Of a stretch of 64,000 nucleotides of DNA, positions 12,692 to 26,314 are shown one piece after another (positions within the stretch are counted from its first letter, which is position 1; every line of letters starts with the position of its first letter). The stretch is from the NCBI GenBank assembly GCA_964016885.1, contig OZ024742.1, forward strand, positions 281,604,001 to 281,668,000, read 5' to 3'. The translations under genes were made by a program, and so were the position numbers. The notes under the pieces are model-generated. The model was not told the origin of the DNA, made no database searches, and saw nothing but the letters and a program-made list of their open reading frames with translations. The stretch is from Eledone cirrhosa. Taxonomy: Eukaryota.

Positions 12692-13669
12692 GTATGTATC
12701 TATCTATCTCTCTCTCTCTCACACACACACTCATTACCCCTCTCCTTTTCATGCTGTAGAAACTGTGCCACATCACCTGGTCTTATCGCTCACACCCTAT
12801 TCCTATACAAAAATGATCTACTTCTCGTCACCTACAAACACCCACTTACTTATAGTGGCTACTATACTTTATTCTTCCTAACTTTTCACACAAATCTATA
12901 TTTATATGCAACCCAAGCACCACGCGTCAAATCTCCATTTAGTTTATGAAACAGAGACTGCCAAACACCCATTCAATGAGGCGAATCCAATCTTGTCTCC
13001 TTCAATATCACAAAAACAAAATTACTACACATATAAAAAGCAATAGCATACTGTTATCTCCTATACATAAGCAGCATGTGTCTATAATCATGAAAGGCAC
13101 AACAATGGCTAGGCCTCACCATAACTGAAGATCTCTTGTGGTGCACGTTAATGTTCAACTGAAGAGAAGTTGTCCTTTTAGCGTGCAGTGTATTTGGTTA
13201 TTTACACTTTAGCGTGCATTTACCTAGCCATTTAAACTTCAATTGTATAGACAGGTCAATAACATACGCAATAACAAAACGTAAAACCAGCTCATGGCAT
13301 AATAAAATTATACCATGAAAACCACAAATCGAAAACTTCAGCTGTGATCTCGAGAGGTAGGCCTGACCCTATACAGCGTAAAGCTTAACGTTGTTTTATT
13401 GAACCCACGAAATATTTTTGTTTTTGAGGAATAGAACAATAGAGAATAAATGTGCAATTAACAGTCAACAATATTTGTATCGAAATTATTACAAAATTGA
13501 ACTACATTTTTCAGTTCTAATGTCTTTGAGGGCGACAAGCTGAAAGATGGTCGAGAACAGCTGGTGTAGCTTACAAATATTACAGCATACCGCACCCTAA
13601 AATAGAAATGAAGAAGTTGGTTCAAGTTATAATAGAATAGAATTACAATTTAGCTTCAGGCATAGTTGT

Positions 13670-13829
<160 letters not shown>

Positions 13830-13857
13830 GTAATCTGAGTTTTTCGAATATTAATAA

Positions 13858-15438
13858 CTAGCACAGGTATACGGCGTTGCTCGGGTATTAAATAGCAATT
13901 ATGTATACCATTTATGTCAATACTTCAGTGCTGCTTCGAGAACTATACTTTTACAAAATCATCGACTTTCTCCAAAAGGGAGTTCCTGCCCCCAGGAGTC
14001 CCCTACTCAATATGTGCCAATTCTGAGAGTTCACATTCATCTGTAGAACAAACGTAGCCCATGTGTCAAGTTTTGTGAAAATTGGTAGCGAACTCCAGAA
14101 GTTATGACGTTTTGTTTCATTGCACTGCAGTGCTTCAGTCGACTCCAAGGAAGTGGTTAAAGGGGGTTATCTGCCGGGAGGCCCTATAATCAATATCTGG
14201 AAAAATTAAAGTGCCCATGATCATCCGGTGTACATAAGTAACCTATGTCTTAACTTTGGTGAAAATACTGTAGAAATGCATGAGGTTTACACACACACGT
14301 GTGTGTTTGTGTGTGTGTATGTATTTGTGTGTGCGTATGTATATGTATGTGTATGTCCATCGGCGCATACCTATGTACTGGCCTAAATCTTCACTATTTA
14401 CTTTTACTATTTTAAGGCAAAGTTAAAATCCCGTGGAGTTTAACTTTGCCTTTCATCGTTACGACGTCGATAAAATAAAGTACCAGTAATGTACTGCCTT
14501 GTGCCAAAAGTAGAAACAACTATTTTAATAACCTCTGTCATTTTCGTTTACAATTTTATTTACATCATTCTTAAACTCTGGGGCTGGAAATCATTCGGTT
14601 ATTTTAAATAGAATATTAGTCTAACGACTCCATTTACACCATAAACTTGGTCTTGTCTTTGTATGAAATTGTTCTTCTCGGTCCACATAACGGCGTATTA
14701 TCCTCGCTTTCTTCTGTTCATTACCAGGGAACGTCTTCACGAACCAAAATATCGTCTTCCTGCTTTCCTTCGGTTGAAATGTTTCTCGAAATATTTAATT
14801 CTGCGTTCACAGATTGAATTTTTTAGTTTCAGAATATCCCGTTAATGTTGAAATCAGCGATCTTTCCTTAAACTTTCTTTCTTTTTCAACCCCTCTCCCT
14901 TTTTTCTCATACCCTCTCTCTCTCTTTTTCTCTCTCTCTCTCTCACTCATACCCCCTCTCTTTCTCTCTCTGTCTTTAAATATATATGTGTTTGTGTGTG
15001 CGTGTGTGTGAACCAGCGTTCGTCGCCATTCTCTCTCTCTCTCTGTCTCTCTATCTGATTATCTTGTACCTCTCTCTGTATAACGACCTATCTCACTCTC
15101 TCTCTCTACATCTCCCGTTCTCTCTTTAGATGTATATGTATATGTGTGTGTGTGATATATGCATAGAGAGAGAGTTGCAACATGTAGTTTCATAGGTTTT
15201 TGAGAGTAGTAGTGAGAGTGAATAAGCGTGTAAGAGAGAGGGTTACCGCATGTATTTAGTTTTATCGATTTCCTTCATAGAAGCAGGAAATGTTTGTCAA
15301 AGTTTATTACGCGGTGACCATCCTTGGTAAATTTGGAGCACAATGGAAAAAAAATCATCAAAATCGGTAGAGAAATGTGGAAATGCATAAAAATCTTACA
15401 CTCACAGACAGACATCTTCCGTTATATATCGATAGAGA
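13858..15438 (-). mobile_element. Non-autonomous Helitron-like element with nested SINE and LINE fragments
   Basis: Minus 5' end a|TCtctatcgatatataacggaagatgtctgtctg; 3' end acccgagcaacgccgtatacctgtgCTAG|t; the flanks rejoin to match the uninterrupted inverted copy at 15920-15970. Confidence 0.7.
14420..14520 (+). mobile_element. Nin/Deu SINE 3' fragment
   Basis: aactttgcctttcatcgttacgacgtcgataaaataaagtaccagtaa. Confidence 0.8.
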
Positions 15439-15995
15439 TAACATTCGATTCGTTTGCAATTATGCCAAACAAGCCTCAATTTTATAGCCATGTCAGTAGA
15501 ATGAACACTTCATTCTACTGGCATGCGAACAGAACTGCAGACACTAATGTTTCTGGGTATCACCCTTCATCAGTACAGCTCACTGCTCAACTGCCAAACT
15601 GTCAGAGCTAGCGAAAATATATGCTATTTTCAAAAATACACAGTGACTGATCGGCCTGATTTGCATATTAGCAGACTGGCTGATCAGTCAGATCTGCATA
15701 TTAGCTGATCCACTGATCAGCCAGATTTGCATATCAGCAGACTGGCCAGTCAGTTTCTTGTATACGAGCGATAAATGGGTGGCTTTGCCAAATTCAAATA
15801 AAAATGGGTGATACCCAGAAACATTAGTGTCTGCAGTTCTGTTCACATGCCAAAACAAGAGCAAGAATGAAGTGTTCATTCTACTGACATGGCTATAAAA
15901 TGGAGGCTTGTTTGCATAATTGCAAACGAATCGAATGTTATTAATATTCGAAAAACTCATATTACATTTATTGTATTCAGCTATATAGAGCAAAA
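15439..15995. mobile_element. Inverted-repeat pLTR-like element carrying the hammerhead (arms 13825-13857 + 15439-15566 vs 15806-15970)
   Basis: Arms are reverse complements; the element is bounded by (TA)n at 13825 and about 16005. Confidence 0.7.
15533..15580 (-). ncRNA. Complete type I hammerhead ribozyme
   Basis: agctgta-CTGATGA-aGGGTgatACCCa-GAAA-CA-ttag-TG-TC-tgcagtt: 7-bp stem I (2 GU pairs), stem II, stem III, GUC cleavage triplet. Confidence 0.8.
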
Positions 15996-16160
15996 TTTTC
16001 TTTTATATATATATATATATATATATAATTAAAGTATGTGTTTGTATGCATGGTAGAGCACTCGACGAAGTACACAAATGGGTCTGTTTACTCCGGAGTA
16101 TAATTATAGTCATGCAGTACAAGTTAACGGGTTATAATTCATTTCATTTAATTAAAATCG

Positions 16161-16197
16161 CTGTTATATACATTTCGGTTATAACCTCATCAGTCAG
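16161..16197 (-). ncRNA. Minimal hammerhead core, degenerate stem I
   Basis: CTGATGA-GGTTatAACC-GAAA-tgta-TA. Confidence 0.5.
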
Positions 16198-16662
16198 ATA
16201 AAAGTTGAACAGAAACACCCCAGAAAAACATGAAGAATTAAATATTACTTCTGTTGTTTCGATTCATTTATATGCCTCGTGCTGATATTTAGTGTTGCTC
16301 TATCATAGCACCGGTGACATATGTCACCGTTGACTTGTACTTTATGATTATACACACACACACACACACGCACACACACACGCACACACAGACACACGCG
16401 AGCACACACAGACATACACGCACACAGATACACACACACACACTCACACATATATATATATATATATAACACGCACAAGATACTGAGATTGCATCTGAAA
16501 ATTTAAACTTCTTACGTCCACGAATGAACTTATAATATATGGATAAGTCAACTGTTCACAGAAAATATATTTAATTTCTATATTGTGTATTGATTGAATG
16601 CTCACTTCACTCGTTTTTACTTACACTAGTATATACATATATATAAACATACATCTCTCTCT

Positions 16663-16726
<64 letters not shown>

Positions 16727-16982
16727 TTTACGTATCGAGAAAGAGAAAAAGAGGGGGGATAGGTGATACATATAGTTATTTGCCAAGTAGCGTATGCCAA
16801 AGGTGCTCGATACTAGTGCCGGCAGTATTAAATATTCGAAGTGTTAATATTTAGTGGGCTAGAGAGTTAGAGAAGCCCAACTGGGCGAAACGTACGTAGG
16901 TGATATTTTAAATAAACATGTTTTAACGGTCTATTCTCCGATTTTTTACTTTCCCACGTATATATATATATATATATATATA

Positions 16983-17150
16983 TAGGAACGAGTAGGACCC
17001 CGACGGCTGAGCTCAAGTCGTTTCGACGGCTAATTCTGGACTCAGTTAGTCCAGAATTAGCCGTCGAAACAGCTTGAGCTCAGCGGTCGGGGTCCTACTC
17101 ATTCCTATCTCCCACTCTACTACCCTAAGTATTGAGTACTTTGGTGCGTT

Positions 17151-17152
<2 letters not shown>
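16983..17152. mobile_element. Short palindromic Penelope-pLTR-like element (GUC hammerhead-half family)
   Basis: Arms about 16983-17042 and 17048-17107 plus tail ctctactaccctaagtattgagtactttggtgcgtta; between (TA)n and (GATA)n. Confidence 0.7.
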
Positions 17153-17220
<68 letters not shown>

Positions 17221-18080
17221 TAGATAGATAGATAGATAGATAGATATGTAGGTTAATTTATAATAGTAATGTATATAAGTAGATATATAGATTGATAAGC
17301 GGTGCACTAGAGAAGCGTTAGTGAAAATTTGAGGGTGGTTGAGTTGATATCATAAATCTTTCAAGTCTTAAACTTTCGCACAAATTGTAAAAGATTTAAA
17401 AGATATATTTGTCACTGACGAACGTAGAATTATTTCAGAGCAGAAAAAAATAACTCACACTTCCACTGATATATAGAGGCGTATAATATAACATAGACAC
17501 ATATATAAACGCTATCACTTTATTAACTCTTTGCCCACACAGTTTCAGCATTTGAAATATTTCTAGGACAATTGTGTTTATATATACTTGCAGTCAGATA
17601 TAATTTTGGCTGTTTTGTTTGACGCCTTTAATCTTTAGGGCAATCTGGTCTATATGTAGCAGCAGAATCGTCCTATAGGCTGTCGTTTATACAGCTTCAT
17701 ATGCAAGGGAGAAGGAGATAAATCACCTCATTTACACAGACGAGAAAACCATATATTCTCGCCTATTTTCAAAGTTCAGCAGTTGCGAGAGTGGGAGGGA
17801 TCGTTCTGATCAGAACTAATTCAGTTCGAAATGAGCATCCACGATTGTCCCGCTCCTTCTGCTGGACACCACCAGACGGCGTTAGTCACTGGGGTTTTGG
17901 CATGCTTACGGCTCTTTAAATGTTTATTTGAAACATACCGCATTTCTTCAGAAACACTAAATTCCAATTACATATCTGTATACAACTATACCTGAAGCTA
18001 TATTACAAAGCCAAATTGTAATTATATATATACTATCTGGCCAGTCCGAAAATTGCAAACTTAACTGTCACCACTGAATA

Positions 18081-18119
18081 TGAACCTGAAGATTGCGAAA
18101 GAATGAAAGTACTTGTTCA
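18081..18119 (+). ncRNA. Minimal type I hammerhead ribozyme
   Basis: TGAAC-CTGAAGA-ttgcgaaagaat-GAAA-GTAC-TT-GTTCA: perfect 5-bp stem I, palindromic stem III, imperfect stem II. Confidence 0.65.
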
Positions 18120-18211
18120 ATTAACATTTAACATTTAATATACTACCATACTATTTCATTATAATATCATTTTAATTTTAAAGGATGGTAAATAAAACGA
18201 GTAAATCAGAC

Positions 18212-18441
18212 AAAGTTTAGCAGGACATGCTCACCGAAATCCAGAGTTGACATTGCACTCAGTGGTCCTGTGGGAACACCTACATGGACACACTGGAAGA
18301 GGAAGACCAAGGTTAACGTATGTTGATGCCCTAAGGACAGACACTGGTCTGTTGGAGACGCAGAGCATGGCAGCGATAATGAGGGACAGAGACCGCTGGA
18401 GAGAACTCGTCCATGGATCTCGGGAATTTTACCCGCCCTAG
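18212..18441 (+). mobile_element. RTE-type LINE C-terminal fragment
   Basis: LAGHAHR...VVLWE..HG..GRGRPRLTYVDAL..D...MRDRDRWR. Confidence 0.75.
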
Positions 18442-19902
18442 AATATATATATATATATATATACGATATTAAATAAATGGAAACTATATTTATAAAACCA
18501 TATTTATTTCATTATATATATTTCAGGGATATCATATTAACAATATGCTATGCCTTCCTCAGACAACATACAATATAAACAGTTTTATAGATAAATAGAT
18601 TTGACATACCGTACAACATCGACTTGTATTTGAAAAGTTGAATTGGCAGTGAAAAAATTGTAAACAGAAAGAAAGAAAGAGAGAAAAAAAAAAGAAAGAC
18701 AGAAAACGAAGGAAAAGAAGAAAAAGAAGAAATGCATGGAACAAAATAGAGAGATGGAAAGATAGATAAAGAGAAGAACTTCATGTAAAGAAACAGAGAG
18801 AGATATATATAGAGAGAGGAAATAGATAGAGATAGATATATATATATATAGAAAAATATGTAGTTGGACATCCGTTGAGTAAACGTATCAATGATACATT
18901 TATTTATTTATTTATTTATTTAGCTCTAGTATTAATGTAAGGGAGATATATGTGGTTAGGAGAGAAACCAGCTGTTATATAGAGAGAAAAATGAAAAGTA
19001 ACCAGACATAGTCGAGGCATAAAAACCCTATGTTTTAATGTAGAAGTATTAATATGTATAAAAACCAGGCACTATATTGAAAATATCAGTATTCCTGAAT
19101 GAGACACGTATCCATAATGTGTTAAAAGTAATGATCTTATGTTTAGTTTTAAAAAATTCATATGTTTATATGATAACTACAAACATCGATGTGAATTTAC
19201 ATGATCAACTCTGCAAACCCTAAGTTCACACGGAAAACATTCTCATTGTGCTATAAAAATTTAAGTATACATATATGTGTATATATATACACATATATAT
19301 ATATAGAGTCTATATTACTACTATTCTTGTCTTTACTCTACAAGATTATCTATCAAGCAGAAATAGAGAGCAGATTTCAATATATTAATAAAAAATATAT
19401 CAGAAACAAAAACCAAAAAACAACAATAATAATAATAATAAAAAATAATAATAAAATAGAAAACTAAAAAATATTACGAAAAAAATATTACATATTAAAA
19501 ATATTACATATTAAAAATAAAAATATTAGAAAATACTACAATAATAAAAATAAACCACAAAGATCAACCCTTCAAAATTAATTGACAATATATTGCCAAG
19601 TTCATTATAAGCATCAGAGTCGAAAACAGATAAAGCTAAAAATTATTTATCAAATCGCATCTAGCAAAAATCATTTCAAAAAGTTTAGGATGCCCATTTG
19701 GTCTACATGTGTTCTTATATTTAATATAGAAGTTTATCTAGTGTAACGTTTATTCGAAATATTTGGAGCATCAACTTTTAGGGTAGTTTAATTTTTCATG
19801 AAGAATGTTTAAAAAAAATAAAAATAAAAAGAAGAATAAAAAGAAGAAATCGAAAGATTTATCGGCTAGTTTCCCAAATAATTATAAATCAAACTAAATA
19901 TA

Positions 19903-20568
19903 CTACATTTTAAATTTAAATTTATATTTAAAAGTTGAGTTTAATCTATGTTTGCAGCAACTTAATAAATTTGTCCGTAGATTAAGGGAATTTTTAGATT
20001 TTAGTATAAAGAATATCTCTTCTGCGCAGAGGTCACATGTCTCAGAGGATGAATTAAAAGGAATCCCTCTTGAGACTATATTCCAAGCCGTCGAATATCT
20101 AACGTTATCTAGCTTAAGTTGCCAGAGTACGCCTGATAGTGCCGTTGAAGATTTTTTGCTTGGATCTGTGAAAGAATTCTTGTGGTTATTATAGCGAAGT
20201 TTAAATTCCGTCGATGTGGAACCGACATAGTTAAAAGAATTAGAGTCAGTTTTAACATTACAATTGTATACTATATTTTTAACTAAGCAGTTGTTATTTA
20301 ACGGACATTTAGATCTATCTCTACAGTTACATTTGTTAACTTGTATATTATTTATGCTATTATCACTAGGTTTTAAGTTCCTATTATTTATTCTATTAAT
20401 ATTTTGTGCTAAATTTTTGGTGGATGAGTAGGTTAATTTTATAGTATGTCTATTGAAAATTGAGTGATACCTATGCGTTCTAGGGAAGCGATTATCAAGA
20501 GCTTTAAAAAATAGTTTAGCGATGTGGGTTTTCATGTTTAGTGAGAAAGGGGGGGGGAGGCAAACCAA
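19903..20568 (-). CDS. Penelope-like (Naiad-like) ORF, C-terminal GIY-YIG endonuclease part (frameshifted from the RT part)
   Basis: PPFS, CNCRDRSKCPLNNNCL, IVY...YVG, FKLRYNNH, CDLC..E, LN, CCKH. Confidence 0.9.
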   Translation of the reverse strand: MVCLPPPFSLNMKTHIAKLFFKALDNRFPRTHRYHSIFNRHTIKLTYSSTKNLAQNINRINNRNLKPSDNSINNIQVNKCNCRDRSKCPLNNNCLVKNIVYNCNVKTDSNSFNYVGSTSTEFKLRYNNHKNSFTDPSKKSSTALSGVLWQLKLDNVRYSTAWNIVSRGIPFNSSSETCDLCAEEIFFILKSKNSLNLRTNLLSCCKHRLNSTFKYKFKFKM

Positions 20569-22121
20569 ATTATGTTCCTAGTTCTATTTCTTTTTTGGCC
20601 TTTGGAATTATTGTAATGCTTTCTATTATAGTTGTTAAGGTTGTTGCCGTAATTAAAATAGTTGTTATTTTGTTTAGTTTGTCTATCATTATCTACGTAC
20701 ATAATCTTATCAGTATATCCTGCTCTAGCTAACGCTTCATTGTAGTACTGGGCTTTTTCGTCGAAAATCTTTCTATTAGACGAGATTCTAGAGATACGTT
20801 TTTGAACAGAGTTTACTATAGTGTTTTTGACAGATCTGGGGTGGTTAGAGTTAAAGCTGACATAGTTTAAGTTTTCATTCAACTTGTGAAAAGGATAGTG
20901 AAGACATGTGTTGAGATTTAATGTTATATCTAGGAAATTGACTATTCTATGGTTGTTCTCAATTTCTATTTTAAGATTAAAGTAATTAAAAAATTGTGTA
21001 ATTTGTTTACATTTTCTATTTAGTTCAGAGTTATTATTCTCAATAAGTAAAAGCATGTCATCTCTATATAAACCTCCGGTAGTACCAGGTATTTTCCTAT
21101 GTAGCGAATTGATTAAAAATAAGCCCACAAGGTCAGTTACCTGAGCTGAGTCGGATGATCCCATAGTAATGTCAAAATTGCTATCTCTATCTGCTCTGGT
21201 CCATAGTTGGTCATTAAATTCTATCAATGTTTTCCTAGCCGATAATATAATATGCATTTCATTGCTAGTTAGGTCTGTATGTTTGAATGCGTAATTTAGT
21301 GCCTTATTTAGTAGATTAGGGGTAATAGAAGAATAATAGTTAGCAATATCAAGTTGAATAAACTTATTATTATTGTTATATTTAATTTGCTTAAACCACT
21401 CAACAACCTCTCCAGTCCCCTTCCACAAGCTCAGGTTAGGTAAACAATCCAAGTTCTTAATTTGCAGTATCACCCTGTCAAGAATGTTTTTGCTTAATTT
21501 GCCCAGGTTCGATTTTGATGGTGCGATCAATCTAACTGGCAAGTCATTTTCAAAATTCCTCTTGTGATCTTTCATATTGATCTTCGGTTTCCTGGGCACG
21601 AAAGGTTGTGTTCTGTTCTCAATTTCCAACTCGTGCATTATACAAGATGCTTCTACATTCATTTTCTCAAGCTCGGCCCTATCTGCTACCTTGTACTTTT
21701 TCCTCAGTTCCTTCAGTATGAGGCCATTATACATGTCTTTCTGCACTCCATAGAGGTTGTTGGTCTTGTCAGATTTCACCAAGATCTTCTCAGTTTTCTC
21801 TAAGCTCTCAATATTATCCTTAATGGCTTTCAGACATTCCTGGCCTTTGAAGTTTCTCTTGAATTTGACCCCTTGTATGATAGAAATTATATCGTTTTCA
21901 AAGTCAGATAAAAGTTTGTTAGGGGGTGGATTTCTTTTAGATTTGAAAACTTTGTTTAAGTCCGAGACATTTTCATTTATATTAGATTTATCAAAGTGGA
22001 ATGCTCGCCACCTGATTCTCCTTATAAAAGAGTCAGATTTATCTGTTAATTGTTTTATAAAGTCTTTGTTTCTAGGTAGAGGTATGTCTTTTAAAGAGGA
22101 AGTAATCTTAAAGAATTCCAT
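20538..22121 (-). CDS. Penelope-like (Naiad-like) retroelement ORF, N-terminal and reverse transcriptase part
   Basis: 527 aa open; SLKDIP, FIRRIRWRA, KSDKT, PVRLIAP, FIQLDIANYYSSI, FDITMGSSDSAQVTDLVG, LYRDD, VNFLDITL, HP, RISRISS. Confidence 0.92.
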   Translation of the reverse strand: MEFFKITSSLKDIPLPRNKDFIKQLTDKSDSFIRRIRWRAFHFDKSNINENVSDLNKVFKSKRNPPPNKLLSDFENDIISIIQGVKFKRNFKGQECLKAIKDNIESLEKTEKILVKSDKTNNLYGVQKDMYNGLILKELRKKYKVADRAELEKMNVEASCIMHELEIENRTQPFVPRKPKINMKDHKRNFENDLPVRLIAPSKSNLGKLSKNILDRVILQIKNLDCLPNLSLWKGTGEVVEWFKQIKYNNNNKFIQLDIANYYSSITPNLLNKALNYAFKHTDLTSNEMHIILSARKTLIEFNDQLWTRADRDSNFDITMGSSDSAQVTDLVGLFLINSLHRKIPGTTGGLYRDDMLLLIENNNSELNRKCKQITQFFNYFNLKIEIENNHRIVNFLDITLNLNTCLHYPFHKLNENLNYVSFNSNHPRSVKNTIVNSVQKRISRISSNRKIFDEKAQYYNEALARAGYTDKIMYVDNDRQTKQNNNYFNYGNNLNNYNRKHYNNSKGQKRNRTRNIIWFASPPLSH

Positions 22122-22144
22122 TTTTTCACATTTAAATATATATA

Positions 22145-22545
22145 GGAGGACAAGATCAAATGTTGTCTATATAGTGTTGTTTGGGGCCACAAAAGTGTTC
22201 TGTTGTTGAGATCAATGATATCAATGGTGTAAGAAAGATACAAGAGAAGGAGGATATCTACCGACCATTGATGGGGAATTTGCAGATCTAGTATCAAAGA
22301 TACACCTTCAGCTTCATACCCATCATTATTGGAGCCACAGGTTACATACAAGCCCGCTTGGACCAAAGTATAACGCAGCTTCCTCATTCATAGATAAAAA
22401 ATGGCTGCGATAAATAGCACCTTCAAAATTTGCAAAATATTGCCATTCAAGGGATGACGATTTCTTTTCTTTTACCACTTTGCCACCAGGAAGGTGGCCG
22501 GTCAATAATGTACTAGAAATTAAGAGAAAGAGAAGCATACAAAAA
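22145..22545 (+). mobile_element. R4/Dong-like (restriction-like endonuclease) LINE 3' fragment
   Basis: CSVVEI, KIQEKEDIYRPL, FIPIIIGATG, KMAAINSTFKICK; homologous to 49915-50180. Confidence 0.7.
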
Positions 22546-22989
22546 GACATACATAAAGACACAATATACAAAACATACGCAGTATACGTTAGCTTGAATC
22601 AGTCTCCGAAATTATTTGTACCAAATGATCTTTGTCTAACAAAAATAAACCCATAACAGAGCGTGTTGAAAAAATAAACGCCTGTTCGAATACCCGCTTA
22701 TAGACAAACATGTGAGGGAGGATATTATACATAAAATCGGTATAATGATAGCCACCCTTCGATGATATCATTAACACCCTTTTGTGGACGAGGGTATCAA
22801 TTTAGGAAAACTACACAGCGGGTAGTAAGGTTGGTTTAGTGTAATGGTACACAGCTGAAACATCAGTCTCACGCTGCTAAACAGATTGTTGTAACGGCAC
22901 CATACATGGTTCTATACATATATACATACACAGGAAGATACATGTATGCATCCTGCATAAATACAATCCAGTGGTGACTTCCATATATA

Positions 22990-23437
<448 letters not shown>

Positions 23438-23439
<2 letters not shown>

Positions 23440-23960
23440 TTTTCTTTATTAACCACAAGGGTTTACATAAAGTAGACATTAAGGACAGTACAGGACAATA
23501 CAGGACGGTACAAATGGGCATTTCTGCGTGTAAAAAAAACAGAGGATGTAATAAAAATAACAATGAAAAATTCCCCAATAGGGGAGACTTCCGAGGGACA
23601 TTTGTGGAGAAAGCCCATTAAAAGACCACAGTGACCCTGGCCACCAAGGCAAGTGCCCTCTCCCAGTTTTTCCACCTTTAATTTACAGATACGTACTCAG
23701 AGTAGGCCCATTCACTTGGGCCATTCTTGCTTCTCTCACCCATCTTTCAACAAAATGCTGGGAAGAGAGCACTTCCCTGTCTACTCTGATTTTCCTTTTC
23801 AAATGAAATTTGAAAAAGTCAATCAGGGCATCACCAAAGAGGTAAGTGCTCGTCTTCAGCCCTTTCAAACGTATCCACCATACTATCTCTTTCGCCATGG
23901 CCACCAGACAGATAAAAACTGCCTGCCCTTGCCGGCTAAAGGTAGAGGGCGGGGCAATAT
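23438..23960 (-). mobile_element. Tx1/L1-like LINE 3' end fragment
   Basis: MAMAKEIVWWIRLKGL...FVERWVREARMAQVNG, homologous to 1157-1651; ends ccttgtggttaataaagaaa. Confidence 0.85.
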
Positions 23961-24024
23961 ATAATAATATTATAATAATCCAAAGCGATTTTTTGCTTGA
24001 ACTTTAATCTGTTATGTAAATAAA

Positions 24025-24830
<806 letters not shown>

Positions 24831-25043
24831 GTGCTTGTATATATGTAAGTATGTCTCACTATATAATCTTTCCGCCATAATAAATAAATATACACTCTAC
24901 TATATTACAAAATAGTATACAGTTATTTCTTCAAGGTCGAAGTTATTTTGTTCACTCGTACAACGCACCATGGGGCCTAGTTATGTTTACATTAAAATAT
25001 GATGAACAGAGAAGCGATCCCCGGAACCCACGCACACACACAT

Positions 25044-25105
<62 letters not shown>

Positions 25106-25106
25106 C

Positions 25107-25192
<86 letters not shown>

Positions 25193-25615
25193 GTAAGAAT
25201 GCATATATATATATACGTCTAGGTGTGATTTATAGAATAAAATGTAATATGATATACATACACCAATATATTTTGGATGTTGTTGGATACAAGACAGAGA
25301 ACACAACTTTCAATAAAGTACTCAATACATATTAAGATATAGTGCTTTTATATTTATTGTGTATTCATCACCGTTCTTGATAAGCTCGAAAGATCTGATC
25401 TCAACCCTCAAATATATATACAAATCCATTATTACATTTCATATATATAATTATGTAATAAACAACAACAATATAATTATTCTATTACCCAAGGTTTTGC
25501 GAAGTTAGACGATTATAAGAGAAACGTCTGATATCGCTTCTTTCCTTTAAATTTTCCACGGAAATACTAACACACATATATATATATAAATATATATATA
25601 TATACATATATATAT

Positions 25616-26314
25616 AAACCGAAAAAATGAAACGAAATTTCATTTCTCACTCTTAGTACGGCTGTTACTTAAATATAAGTATGTATACGTACATACATAT
25701 ATGTATACAGACGTACGTATATATATACAGACGTACGTATATATATACAGACGTATGTATATATACATACATGCACACACATATATATATGTACGTATGG
25801 ATTCACCGAACATTTATTATAATATTCGGTGTGTTTGTAAACAAACATCCCGAATTAAGCCGTACAGTGTCTAGCAACCATCGTTGCTCATTTGTTCAAC
25901 ACTGACAAAGTAAGGCTGTACTAGTTTCAAGCTTATTAGCTATCGTCAGCAACGTATACCTTCCTGCCGGATGATTGAACGTCTGAAAGTATATACTTTC
26001 CTTATGCATATTAATGGATAAGCAGCCTAATTTGCATATCGAGTGAGTTAATCGGCCGGAGTACCGAAAACGATAAACGGAAAAAATAAAACGAAATTTC
26101 ATTTCCCACTCTTAGTACGTCTGTTACTTAAATATATGTAAGTATACGTACATACATATATGTATACAGACGTACAGTTGTATGTATATATATATATATA
26201 CATACATGCACACATATATATATGTACGTATGGATTCACCGAACATTTATTATAATGCTCGGTGTGTTTGTAAACAAACAACCTGAATTAAGCCGTACAG
26301 TGTCTAGCAACCAT
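25616..26314 (-). mobile_element. Retrozyme/pLTR-like element, about 1.5 head-to-tail units of about 459 bp
   Basis: Unit start repeats at 25616 and 26075; same family as 62726-63584; contains a hammerhead. Confidence 0.75.
25915..25953 (-). ncRNA. Complete minimal type I hammerhead ribozyme
   Basis: gttg-CTGACGA-tAGCTaataAGCTt-GAAA-CTAG-TA-cagc. Confidence 0.8.

Noticed and set aside
19095-19130. Hammerhead in the 3' region of the large Penelope element
   Set aside because: CTGAATGA-gacac..gtgtt-AAAA is degenerate and on the opposite strand; no intact ribozyme was recognised in this copy.
20545-20565. Programmed -1 ribosomal frameshift
   Set aside because: No canonical A/U slippery heptamer in frame; an indel or homopolymer error is simpler. 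Not excluded without sister copies.
19903-22121. Selenoprotein-type Naiad (in-frame TGA plus SECIS)
   Set aside because: Both ORF parts are free of in-frame TGA, and the motif positions are Cys.
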